DNA of 26,124 nucleotides, taken from a virus (Duplodnaviria > Caudoviricetes). The translations under genes were made by a program, and so were the position numbers. Positions 1 to 6,628 of the stretch are shown here, piece by piece. A model generated the notes under the pieces. It was not told where the DNA came from, made no database searches, and saw only the letters and a program-made list of their open reading frames with translations. How positions within the stretch are numbered: position 1 is the stretch's first letter; the number at the start of each line of letters is the position of its first letter. The stretch is from positions 1 through 26,124 of IMG/VR virus record IMGVR_UViG_3300042441_000082, one strand, 5' to 3'.

Positions 1-690
1 TTACCCCTTACAGAAATTCCCCATTAAATCAGTGATTTGGCCCAAACCATCACAGCTATCAAACATATTCGCATCACTTGAAAGCATGATCCAACCTGAG
101 CTGATAGGCTCTACTGCAAGAACAACCTTTGTATCATCATCATTGCTATACATGATTGCCTCACCTGATGCCCCAAGCAGGATCTCAGAAGCCCCACCCA
201 GACCAATAGAATCAATCTGTTTTAATCCTGCTGCTGATGCCGTTGTGAAATAGTGTGAAGCAACATTTACACCCTCTTGACATCCACCGTCTAAGGTAGT
301 GTCTTTGGTAATGCTCATGCCTGAGCCAATATCAGATAAAAACTGATTTGCCTCATCAACAAAATCATCTGACAGACAGAGAATTGAATTCTCTAAAGCA
401 ATCAGCACCTTACCACCATTGGTCAGGAAAGTATTGATTTCTGTCGTGAATGTAGGCACTGAGCCCCAAGGGGGATAACAGGGAGGACTGCCAAAAAACA
501 TCCCCCAATAAAACACATCAAGCGGTTTATCTAGGTTTGGGCCAAAACTGCTTGTATTGATCGTGCTGCCAGTCACAAGACCGTTGCCCGTACCATTGGG
601 GAATGCATCAACAATAAAATCAATAATGCTGTTTTCAAATCCAATGATGCAGCCACAACAGCCACAACCGGGAGAATTCTTTTTTGCCAT
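1..690 (-). CDS. Putative tail-tip/minor virion protein with Cys-rich N-terminus and possible class I GATase-like (DUF4350-type) domain
   Basis: Start moved to ATG 690 (TAATG overlap with upstream stop), MAKKNSPGCGCCGC; FLTNGGKVLIALE...ANQFLSDIG...GWIMLSSDANMF pattern; lies downstream of tape measure. Confidence 0.55.
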   Translation of the reverse strand: MAKKNSPGCGCCGCIIGFENSIIDFIVDAFPNGTGNGLVTGSTINTSSFGPNLDKPLDVFYWGMFFGSPPCYPPWGSVPTFTTEINTFLTNGGKVLIALENSILCLSDDFVDEANQFLSDIGSGMSITKDTTLDGGCQEGVNVASHYFTTASAAGLKQIDSIGLGGASEILLGASGEAIMYSNDDDTKVVLAVEPISSGWIMLSSDANMFDSCDGLGQITDLMGNFCKG

Positions 691-1328
691 TATCCGCAAT
701 CCTCCACATCGACAAACCAAGAGTTGTAACGGTCAATGTATTTGATCTGTAAGTCTGTGTCTTTGTGGACAAGCGAAGAGGACATGTTGTAAATCTTAAT
801 GTACTGAGTAAATGAAACCTCTCTACTCGATATTGTGTAACTGCTGATTGTTGCAGGCTCATACAATCTGCAAAATGAAAAGCTGTAATTACTGGAGACA
901 GCAGCAGGTATATCATCAGTTGCTTGTGCTATTTTTCCGTTTGGGCGATATTCAAAAAAATAGTAGTCTTCATTGGTAGGCGTCAAAAATACTTTGTCAA
1001 ATTTGACAATCTGAGTGCTACCATTGATTTCAAAAGCATAACCATAATCGTCTGTGTATGCTGCTTCCCCCCATTCAGCATAACTGACAAACGGGCTTTC
1101 ATACTGATCAAAATCAGCCTCTGCTTGTGGCTTGATCTTTTGCCAAGAGCATTTGCCATTGGATAAATTGACATTGGTAATCTCTGCCCAAAAACCAGAC
1201 TTGGATTTGACAACAGAGTTGCCCCTGTTGTATTTCAGTTTCTGGTTTGCTTGCTGACTCTTATACCAGTCATACATTTCTTTCATTTGAAGAAATGTTT
1301 TTTCATCAATCAGACCTGCTTTTGCCAA
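690..1328 (-). CDS. Hypothetical tail-module protein (212 aa)
   Basis: TTG start with AGGGGG SD; tightly packed in the tail operon; no recognisable motif. Confidence 0.65.
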   Translation of the reverse strand: MAKAGLIDEKTFLQMKEMYDWYKSQQANQKLKYNRGNSVVKSKSGFWAEITNVNLSNGKCSWQKIKPQAEADFDQYESPFVSYAEWGEAAYTDDYGYAFEINGSTQIVKFDKVFLTPTNEDYYFFEYRPNGKIAQATDDIPAAVSSNYSFSFCRLYEPATISSYTISSREVSFTQYIKIYNMSSSLVHKDTDLQIKYIDRYNSWFVDVEDCG

Positions 1329-1336
1329 CCTGCCCC

Positions 1337-1837
1337 CTAAATTGCAGTTTCAAACAGATTGACCAATACACACAACCCCTCACAACTGCTGCCGGTAACA
1401 GTTACCACCAATTCCAATGAATCACCGTCTGAATAATCAGCAGTTGAAATTGTGCCTGCAACAACTTCTCTGTCAGATGTCGTATTGTCGAGAGTCACAA
1501 CAGAAGAAAGCACAGAAGCATATGCAGTGCTTGAATTGCCTGCTTTCAGATCAACAGTAACTGTGTCTGTGCTTGTGGGGGCAGTTTCGGCAACAACCTC
1601 AATGCTGTTGATTGTGCCTGCTGTACGGGCAATATGAATTACCTGTGTGGCTGATGTTGCAGCACTCCCAACGGCAGAGCTGTATCTGACCGGTATTTGA
1701 TGCACAACCTTTGTTGCTGCAATTCCTGCACTCGCTGCAATCATCGCGTTGGTTACTGATGCATCTGGTGCTGTGAAAGTCTTACTTGAAAGACTCCCGT
1801 TAATGTATAAATCACCTTGATGTACTGATTGTGTCAA
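1337..1837 (-). CDS. Thr/Ser/Ala/Val-rich beta-strand virion protein (166 aa)
   Basis: AGGAGG SD plus TTG; alternating hydrophobic beta pattern; position in tail module. Confidence 0.6.
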   Translation of the reverse strand: MTQSVHQGDLYINGSLSSKTFTAPDASVTNAMIAASAGIAATKVVHQIPVRYSSAVGSAATSATQVIHIARTAGTINSIEVVAETAPTSTDTVTVDLKAGNSSTAYASVLSSVVTLDNTTSDREVVAGTISTADYSDGDSLELVVTVTGSSCEGLCVLVNLFETAI

Positions 1838-1845
1838 GATGCCTC

Positions 1846-2715
1846 CTAAACTCTAAAATTAAATGTGCCTGAAAATGGTACTTGCTCGTAAACTTCAAAT
1901 TCTAATTTGACTGGTGTGCCTGAGTTGTCTTTGATTGCTTTGCCGTTCAAATCAAGAGCAACAGGGCTTGAGACTTCACTACCTTTTAATTCAATGTTCT
2001 GCAACTTGCCGTTATCGTCTAATTCTTTCATGCCTGCATTGAGCATTTTCTTTTTCCAGCCACCAGCATAAAAGGCAAAAACATAATTTACCTTCCAGTA
2101 AGTCACATCATTCTCAATGTTGGGGCCTTGCCCTGTGATTGATTCGCAAAGAACTTGACCAGCAGCAGCACCTTGAAAAGCATCTGAGTTTACCTTGTCT
2201 GAATATGCCAAAGACAAACCCGGATTGTAGACACTCTCATTCTGAGTTACTGAAAGTTTTAAAATGTTGGCATTGATTGTTACAGGAGGATCGAACTTTT
2301 CCCGAGCTGTATTTCGAATTGGGTCATTATTTATATCAAAGTCAATCGGCAGCTCTAATTTTTCGTAAGACCAACTAAACTCAGCAGGACTGTTGAGCGG
2401 GTTTGAGGGTGTTTGATTATTCTCAAGTTGCTCAAATGTGTATGTGACCTCATACACATAACCGTCAGAGGTCAACTCAGCAATTGAAGTTTTTGCACCT
2501 GTGCAAACTGCTCTGGAATCTGTTACAGGACCATTCCAACGAAACTTGAAAGGACTACCCAAGACAAAACCGGGTGCTGCCTCTGCAACTAGGTTTGAAT
2601 CATCTTTTGAATCAACTTGAACCAATACGGTTTTTGTCCAAGTTGGTTGGTTATGACTGTTTGTTGTTAATTCTATTTTTGGTGTATCTGAGATACCGTT
2701 TGCTATTACTCCCAT
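1846..2715 (-). CDS. Putative distal tail/hub protein (289 aa)
   Basis: Immediately downstream of tape measure; function inferred from synteny only. Confidence 0.55.
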   Translation of the reverse strand: MGVIANGISDTPKIELTTNSHNQPTWTKTVLVQVDSKDDSNLVAEAAPGFVLGSPFKFRWNGPVTDSRAVCTGAKTSIAELTSDGYVYEVTYTFEQLENNQTPSNPLNSPAEFSWSYEKLELPIDFDINNDPIRNTAREKFDPPVTINANILKLSVTQNESVYNPGLSLAYSDKVNSDAFQGAAAGQVLCESITGQGPNIENDVTYWKVNYVFAFYAGGWKKKMLNAGMKELDDNGKLQNIELKGSEVSSPVALDLNGKAIKDNSGTPVKLEFEVYEQVPFSGTFNFRV

Positions 2716-2720
2716 AGATG

Positions 2721-2728
2721 TATTTAGG
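2721..2728 (-). promoter_or_regulatory. Late-promoter-like motif CCTAAATA, 5 nt before ATG 2715
   Basis: CCTAAATA-catct-ATG on - strand; overlaps the tape measure stop codon. Confidence 0.65.
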
Positions 2729-4451
2729 AGCCAAACGAATAAATTACGTTCTGAGTACCGGCAATTTTCTCAAGATACTTGTTTGATTTCTTCTGCTCTT
2801 TCAATGTGTCTTTGGTATTCTTTTCAACCTTATTGATTGGCTGCTGTCCTGCCGATTGTGAGCGTAAGATAATAGATCTGGCAGCAACACTGTTGTAATC
2901 AGTTGCACCTGCCAGCTTTAAACCTGAGCCTGAGCCCGATTTGTCTAATTCCTTTTGTGCTTTGGCAACTGCTTTATCAAAGATGTTTTCACTGATGAAA
3001 CCTTTGTCTTTGGCTTCCCGTAACTTTGCCAACTCTTTTTCAAACTTCTCCAAAGGTGTCATGAATGACTCAGTAAGAGATTTGCCAAAGTCAAACAACT
3101 TTTTGTCATCGGCTAAACCTTCCAACTTTTTATTGAGTTCTTGGGCTTTCTTAATCATCTCATCAGATGCACCCTCGTTTTTAAGCTTCCAAATCTCAAC
3201 CGCATTACCAGACATCCCAAATGTGTCTATCTGCTCCTGCATCTTTGCAATCAGTTCGCTGATGCCTCTGGTGGCTTTTACAGCAGCCTCATCAAAGCTG
3301 CGTGTGCCTTTGTTGGCATTGTCTGCCATCTCTTTAGCAACAGCAGCAGATTCAGTTTTCAACTCAGAATAAAACTTGTTGATGCCTTTGCTTGGAGGAT
3401 CTTTCAGAAATTCCTTGTTGAAATCAGCATATTGGTTTTTTGCCAGCTCATCTAAACCATCAGCCATTGCACCCAATGTTTCAGAAAAACTTACCTCAAC
3501 ACCGGGAAGCAAATTTAAAACTTTTTCAATTGCTTTACCCTGCCATTCCCAACCACGAATAAACCAAGCAAGACCTTTTGTCACTGCTGATTGCAGCAGC
3601 ATAAAACCAAGCTTGAATGTATGCAGGATATCAGCACCCATACCGATGCCCTTAACCATGATTTCAATGCCTTTGGTAATGAATTTTCCAGCACTAAAAC
3701 CAGACTGAGCCATGTTTGAAAACTTGTTTGCAACTGCTGTGATGATGGGAGCAAGTTGAATTGTGAGCTGCTGCTTTAATCCATCAGATATTTTAGAGAC
3801 TCTGTTTAAAGCATCAGAAGCCATTGCAACTTGATTCGCGTCAACCTGTGAGAATGTGATACCAAGTCTTTCAGCCTCTGCTGTCAGTTCATCAATTCCG
3901 GCGGATCCACCCTCAATCATCTGGGCGAATTTCTGGCCGCTGTCCCCTAGGATTTCGAAAGCCGCTGCACTGCGAAGGCTGGCTGTGGGTAACTGTCTGA
4001 TTTTCTCGATGATCTTTTTAAACTGCTGATCAGAAGATAAACCAAGCAATTCCTTTTGTGAAAAACCAAGTTGTTTCAAACCAGAAGCAGCAGCACCTGC
4101 ACCTTTGCCATATAAACCAACTCTACGCGATACCCTGAGCAATGTTGCATCAAGTTCACCGGCAGTAACACCATTTTGCTCTGCTGCGAATCTCAATGCA
4201 GTCAGATCTTTAACACCAACATTTGCAGCAGAAGCTAATTTCTGAGTGCTGTCTATTGCGGCTATCTGTGCATCAACAATCTGTTTAAAACTGTTGATTG
4301 CAAAGGCAGCACTGAGCCCCAGAACAACATTTTTAACTGAGGCTGCCTCTTTGACGAATCTGCCAAGACCTTTATTCGCTGATTTTAAACCTGATAAAAA
4401 CTTGCCGGTTTTCACTGTCATACCGACAACGAGATTTGCAATTAAAGACAA
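2724..4451 (-). CDS. Tail tape measure protein (575 aa, short)
   Basis: MSLIANLVVGM-type N-terminus, Ala/Gly/Lys-rich helical sequence, TPLEKFEKEL motif; follows tail chaperones. Confidence 0.9.
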   Translation of the reverse strand: MSLIANLVVGMTVKTGKFLSGLKSANKGLGRFVKEAASVKNVVLGLSAAFAINSFKQIVDAQIAAIDSTQKLASAANVGVKDLTALRFAAEQNGVTAGELDATLLRVSRRVGLYGKGAGAAASGLKQLGFSQKELLGLSSDQQFKKIIEKIRQLPTASLRSAAAFEILGDSGQKFAQMIEGGSAGIDELTAEAERLGITFSQVDANQVAMASDALNRVSKISDGLKQQLTIQLAPIITAVANKFSNMAQSGFSAGKFITKGIEIMVKGIGMGADILHTFKLGFMLLQSAVTKGLAWFIRGWEWQGKAIEKVLNLLPGVEVSFSETLGAMADGLDELAKNQYADFNKEFLKDPPSKGINKFYSELKTESAAVAKEMADNANKGTRSFDEAAVKATRGISELIAKMQEQIDTFGMSGNAVEIWKLKNEGASDEMIKKAQELNKKLEGLADDKKLFDFGKSLTESFMTPLEKFEKELAKLREAKDKGFISENIFDKAVAKAQKELDKSGSGSGLKLAGATDYNSVAARSIILRSQSAGQQPINKVEKNTKDTLKEQKKSNKYLEKIAGTQNVIYSFGS

Positions 4452-4458
4452 TCTGCCC

Positions 4459-4466
4459 CCTAAATA
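4459..4466 (+). promoter_or_regulatory. Possible + strand copy of the motif (CCTAAATA) upstream of the inserted methyltransferase
   Basis: Same 8-mer as at 2721-2728, about 40 nt before GTG 4508; could be chance. Confidence 0.35.
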
Positions 4467-4482
4467 CTTTTAAACTTATAAG

Positions 4483-4490
4483 TATGTATG
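4483..4490 (-). promoter_or_regulatory. Late-promoter-like motif gctgCATACATA upstream of tape measure
   Basis: Same GCTGCATACATAC as before portal; about 30 nt upstream of TTG 4451 with AGGGGG SD. Confidence 0.65.
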
Positions 4491-4507
4491 CAGCTAAAGG
4501 GGGCTTT

Positions 4508-4990
4508 GTGGCTTATGAAAAATATTGGCAAGATCGAAAGCATTTAGAGTATTATCAGACCGTCAAAACTTGGCTTGATGCTCTGGGGAAACAAGAATCT
4601 ATCTGTGATGTGGGGAGTGCAGGCACACCTGTTGCAACTTTTGGAAATTTCAACAGACGGGTTGCCCTGAATAATGAACCATGCCCATTGATCACCAATG
4701 TTGAAAACGTGATTGATGATTGGTTGTTGTATGAAAAACAACATTTCACAGTCATCACGTGTTTACAGGTCATCGAGCATTTTGAAACAGATTATCTAAG
4801 GCAGTTTGTTGCAAAGATATTTGATTGTTGTGATGTGGCAATAATCAGTGTGCCTTATCGATGGTCAGAGGGGGCTTGTGTATGGCATGTGCAAGATCCC
4901 ATTGATTACAAAAAGTTTCTTGATCTGATTGGTAAAGATCCTGTAAAGACTGAGATTGTCAACAGACGTTTGATAGGGATGTTTACGTAA
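4508..4990 (+). CDS. Class I SAM-dependent methyltransferase-like protein (inserted gene)
   Basis: ICDVGSAG (motif I-like), FTVITCLQVIEHF, AIISVPY; probable GTG start after AAAGGGGG (alternative ATG 4484); opposite strand between chaperones and tape measure. Confidence 0.7.
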   Translation: MAYEKYWQDRKHLEYYQTVKTWLDALGKQESICDVGSAGTPVATFGNFNRRVALNNEPCPLITNVENVIDDWLLYEKQHFTVITCLQVIEHFETDYLRQFVAKIFDCCDVAIISVPYRWSEGACVWHVQDPIDYKKFLDLIGKDPVKTEIVNRRLIGMFT

Positions 4991-5038
4991 AGAAAGCCCT
5001 GCAAGCGAATGATTGAAAGCAAGAGACTTGCAGGGCTT
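4988..5038 (-). terminator. Hairpin/terminator
   Basis: AAGCCCTGCAAG (4994-5005) / CTTGCAGGGCTT (5027-5038), 12-bp stem, 21-nt loop, U-rich tail on - strand. Confidence 0.6.
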
Positions 5039-5056
5039 AACGTGGATTTCCAATAT

Positions 5057-5064
5057 TATATAGT
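5057..5064 (-). promoter_or_regulatory. Late-promoter-like motif cACTATATA
   Basis: Same CACTATATA as at 6599, 16167 and 21793; intergenic; followed by a hairpin rather than a clear gene. Confidence 0.5.
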
Positions 5065-5076
5065 GTCAGCACATCA

Positions 5077-5349
5077 TTATTTTGAGCCAAACATCACAGC
5101 AAATGTGTTTTTCAATGCCTGCTCAAGTTGATCACTGGAAAGCACTTTCTTTTGCTTTTTAATGCACATGAAATCTTCCGGTTGCAGAGCCTTACCTTTA
5201 CGATGAGGGTTGTTATTATAAACAGCAGCAGCAATCATGCTGCTTTGCCTGTGATCATCCCCGAAAGGCTCAAGGTTATAAAAACAAAACCACTCAGCAA
5301 ACTCTCTTGCATCCATGCGTTGCAACAGTTCTTTGACTGTCATTTTCAA
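5077..5349 (-). CDS. Tail assembly chaperone, gpT-like frameshift extension
   Basis: Frame is open back to the slippery site at 5397-5403: KLSLNVNRRFAFRLAAHLKMTVKELLQRMDAREFAEW...PFGD, typical of the G-T second ORF. Confidence 0.85.
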   Translation of the reverse strand: MKMTVKELLQRMDAREFAEWFCFYNLEPFGDDHRQSSMIAAAVYNNNPHRKGKALQPEDFMCIKKQKKVLSSDQLEQALKNTFAVMFGSK

Positions 5350-5381
5350 ATGAGCGGCTAATCTAAATGCAAACCTCCTGT

Positions 5382-5747
5382 TTACATTGAGACTGAGTTT
5401 TTTTCCATGCCCTCAATTTCCTCATCGGACATAGCGTTGATTCTCTGGGAAACCTCAAACAATCTGTCTAATGCTTTGGCTGATTTCTTACCTAATGCAT
5501 CAACATCATCAGGAGTAAATAGCTTGTTGCCCTGTTCATCACAGGCACAAGCAGCAACAAAATGTGATCTGAGGTTTTTGACTTTCTTTTTATCATTACG
5601 CATAAAGAGCATGTCTTGCTCTAAATCGTCTCTGACCTCTGCGGACATTAAACCAATAAATACAGTTCCGCCCCATTCAGGAACTGGCACCTCTTCCATC
5701 GTTGTATTGTCATTGCAATTTAAAATCTGTTCTCTCGATAAACTCAA
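5382..5747 (-). CDS. Tail assembly chaperone (gpG-like)
   Basis: EEVPVPEWGGTVFI...CDEQGNKLFT...EKN; AGGAGG SD plus TTG; follows tail tube. Confidence 0.88.
   Translation of the reverse strand: MSLSREQILNCNDNTTMEEVPVPEWGGTVFIGLMSAEVRDDLEQDMLFMRNDKKKVKNLRSHFVAACACDEQGNKLFTPDDVDALGKKSAKALDRLFEVSQRINAMSDEEIEGMEKNSVSM
5397..5403 (-). other. Programmed -1 ribosomal frameshift site A-AAA-AAC
   Basis: In-frame GAA AAA AAC near end of chaperone; a -1 shift enters the downstream ORF with no stop. Confidence 0.85.
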
Positions 5748-5758
5748 TTATCCTCCTA

Positions 5759-6151
5759 TTATGCGAATACAGGCTTACTATTCACAGTTACTGTGATGCT
5801 GCCTGTTAAAGTTTCATCAATTCCACCGCCATCAAACCCAATGTCCGTAACGTAACCATCAAAAGTCATTGTGCTGAGACTAGAGAATGTAAGGACAACT
5901 GATTTTTCCAGTTTATCATCCATCAAATCATATAAGCCTGTCTGAGTAGTGTTTGCAGGATCAAACAAAACATCAAAGCTCATTTCTCCACCAATGGGAA
6001 TTGAGGGAATAGACTGTTTGATAGTGCTCAATAAATGCGTTGCATCTGATGTTTCTCTGGAATATCCAGATGATGAATAATTTGTGACATAAGCAATATC
6101 AGTACCATCAATGGTGATTTTGCTGCCTGCGACTCCGATACCGTCAACCAT
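5759..6151 (-). CDS. Tail tube (major tail) protein, 130 aa
   Basis: SRETSDATHLLS...GEMSFDVLFDP...FDGYVT...GSITVTV.SKP pattern; between tail terminator and chaperones. Confidence 0.85.
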   Translation of the reverse strand: MVDGIGVAGSKITIDGTDIAYVTNYSSSGYSRETSDATHLLSTIKQSIPSIPIGGEMSFDVLFDPANTTQTGLYDLMDDKLEKSVVLTFSSLSTMTFDGYVTDIGFDGGGIDETLTGSITVTVNSKPVFA

Positions 6152-6153
6152 AT

Positions 6154-6195
6154 AAAAAACCTCTAAGTAAAAGTTAAAACTCAGAGGTATTTATG
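6154..6195 (-). promoter_or_regulatory. CATAAATA motif (6188-6195) abutting an SD-sequestering hairpin with U-tract
   Basis: CATAAATA-cctctgagt-(10 nt)-acttaGAGGt-ttttt-at-ATG; 10-bp stem with one G-U pair. Confidence 0.65.
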
Positions 6196-6204
6196 TTTCA
6201 CAAT

Positions 6205-6594
6205 CTAATTTTCTTCATACATCACCTGATATGTTTGAGTTGTCGTAAACAACCCTGTTTCAGCACTATCAACAGGTGAAAAGTATGAGTCAGATTCATC
6301 AATCAGAGCAATAAACCAAATGTTTCTGGTGCTGAGTGTGCCTGAGAAGCCTTGCAGCTTTTCACGTATCGTTTCACTGATGCTGATGCAGTTGGTAATG
6401 TCTGCCGAATAAACCGCGATATCAAATATGGGTCTGGTGAAAGATGCAGCACCAGACAACATTGCTGTGTAACCGCCTGTTTTGCGTTGATACGTTACGC
6501 ACGGATCAGTTGAGCTTTGGGGACGATAACCCGGATAAACAGAGCATGAAAGAAAGCCTGTCAGATACGTATAAAGAGCTTGTTCAATTTCCAT
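6205..6594 (-). CDS. Tail terminator/completion protein (DUF3168-like)
   Basis: IEQALYTYL...VYP...PQ...PCVTYQR...FDIAVYS...IREKL; directly before tail tube. Confidence 0.8.
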   Translation of the reverse strand: MEIEQALYTYLTGFLSCSVYPGYRPQSSTDPCVTYQRKTGGYTAMLSGAASFTRPIFDIAVYSADITNCISISETIREKLQGFSGTLSTRNIWFIALIDESDSYFSPVDSAETGLFTTTQTYQVMYEEN

Positions 6595-6598
6595 ACCT

Positions 6599-6606
6599 TA
6601 TATAGT
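6599..6606 (-). promoter_or_regulatory. Late-promoter-like motif ACTATATA, 4 nt before ATG 6594
   Basis: cACTATATA-aggt-ATG. Confidence 0.65.
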
Positions 6607-6628
6607 GCTGTTGGTAAGGAAACTGTTT

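Noticed and set aside
4436-4507. ORF-track start of the + strand methyltransferase at 4436
   Set aside because: Overlaps the tape measure start with no SD; GTG 4508 has an SD (ATG 4484 not excluded)
4865-5053. 62-aa - strand ORF downstream of the 5057 motif
   Set aside because: TTG only 3 nt from the motif, crosses a terminator and is antisense to a credible gene
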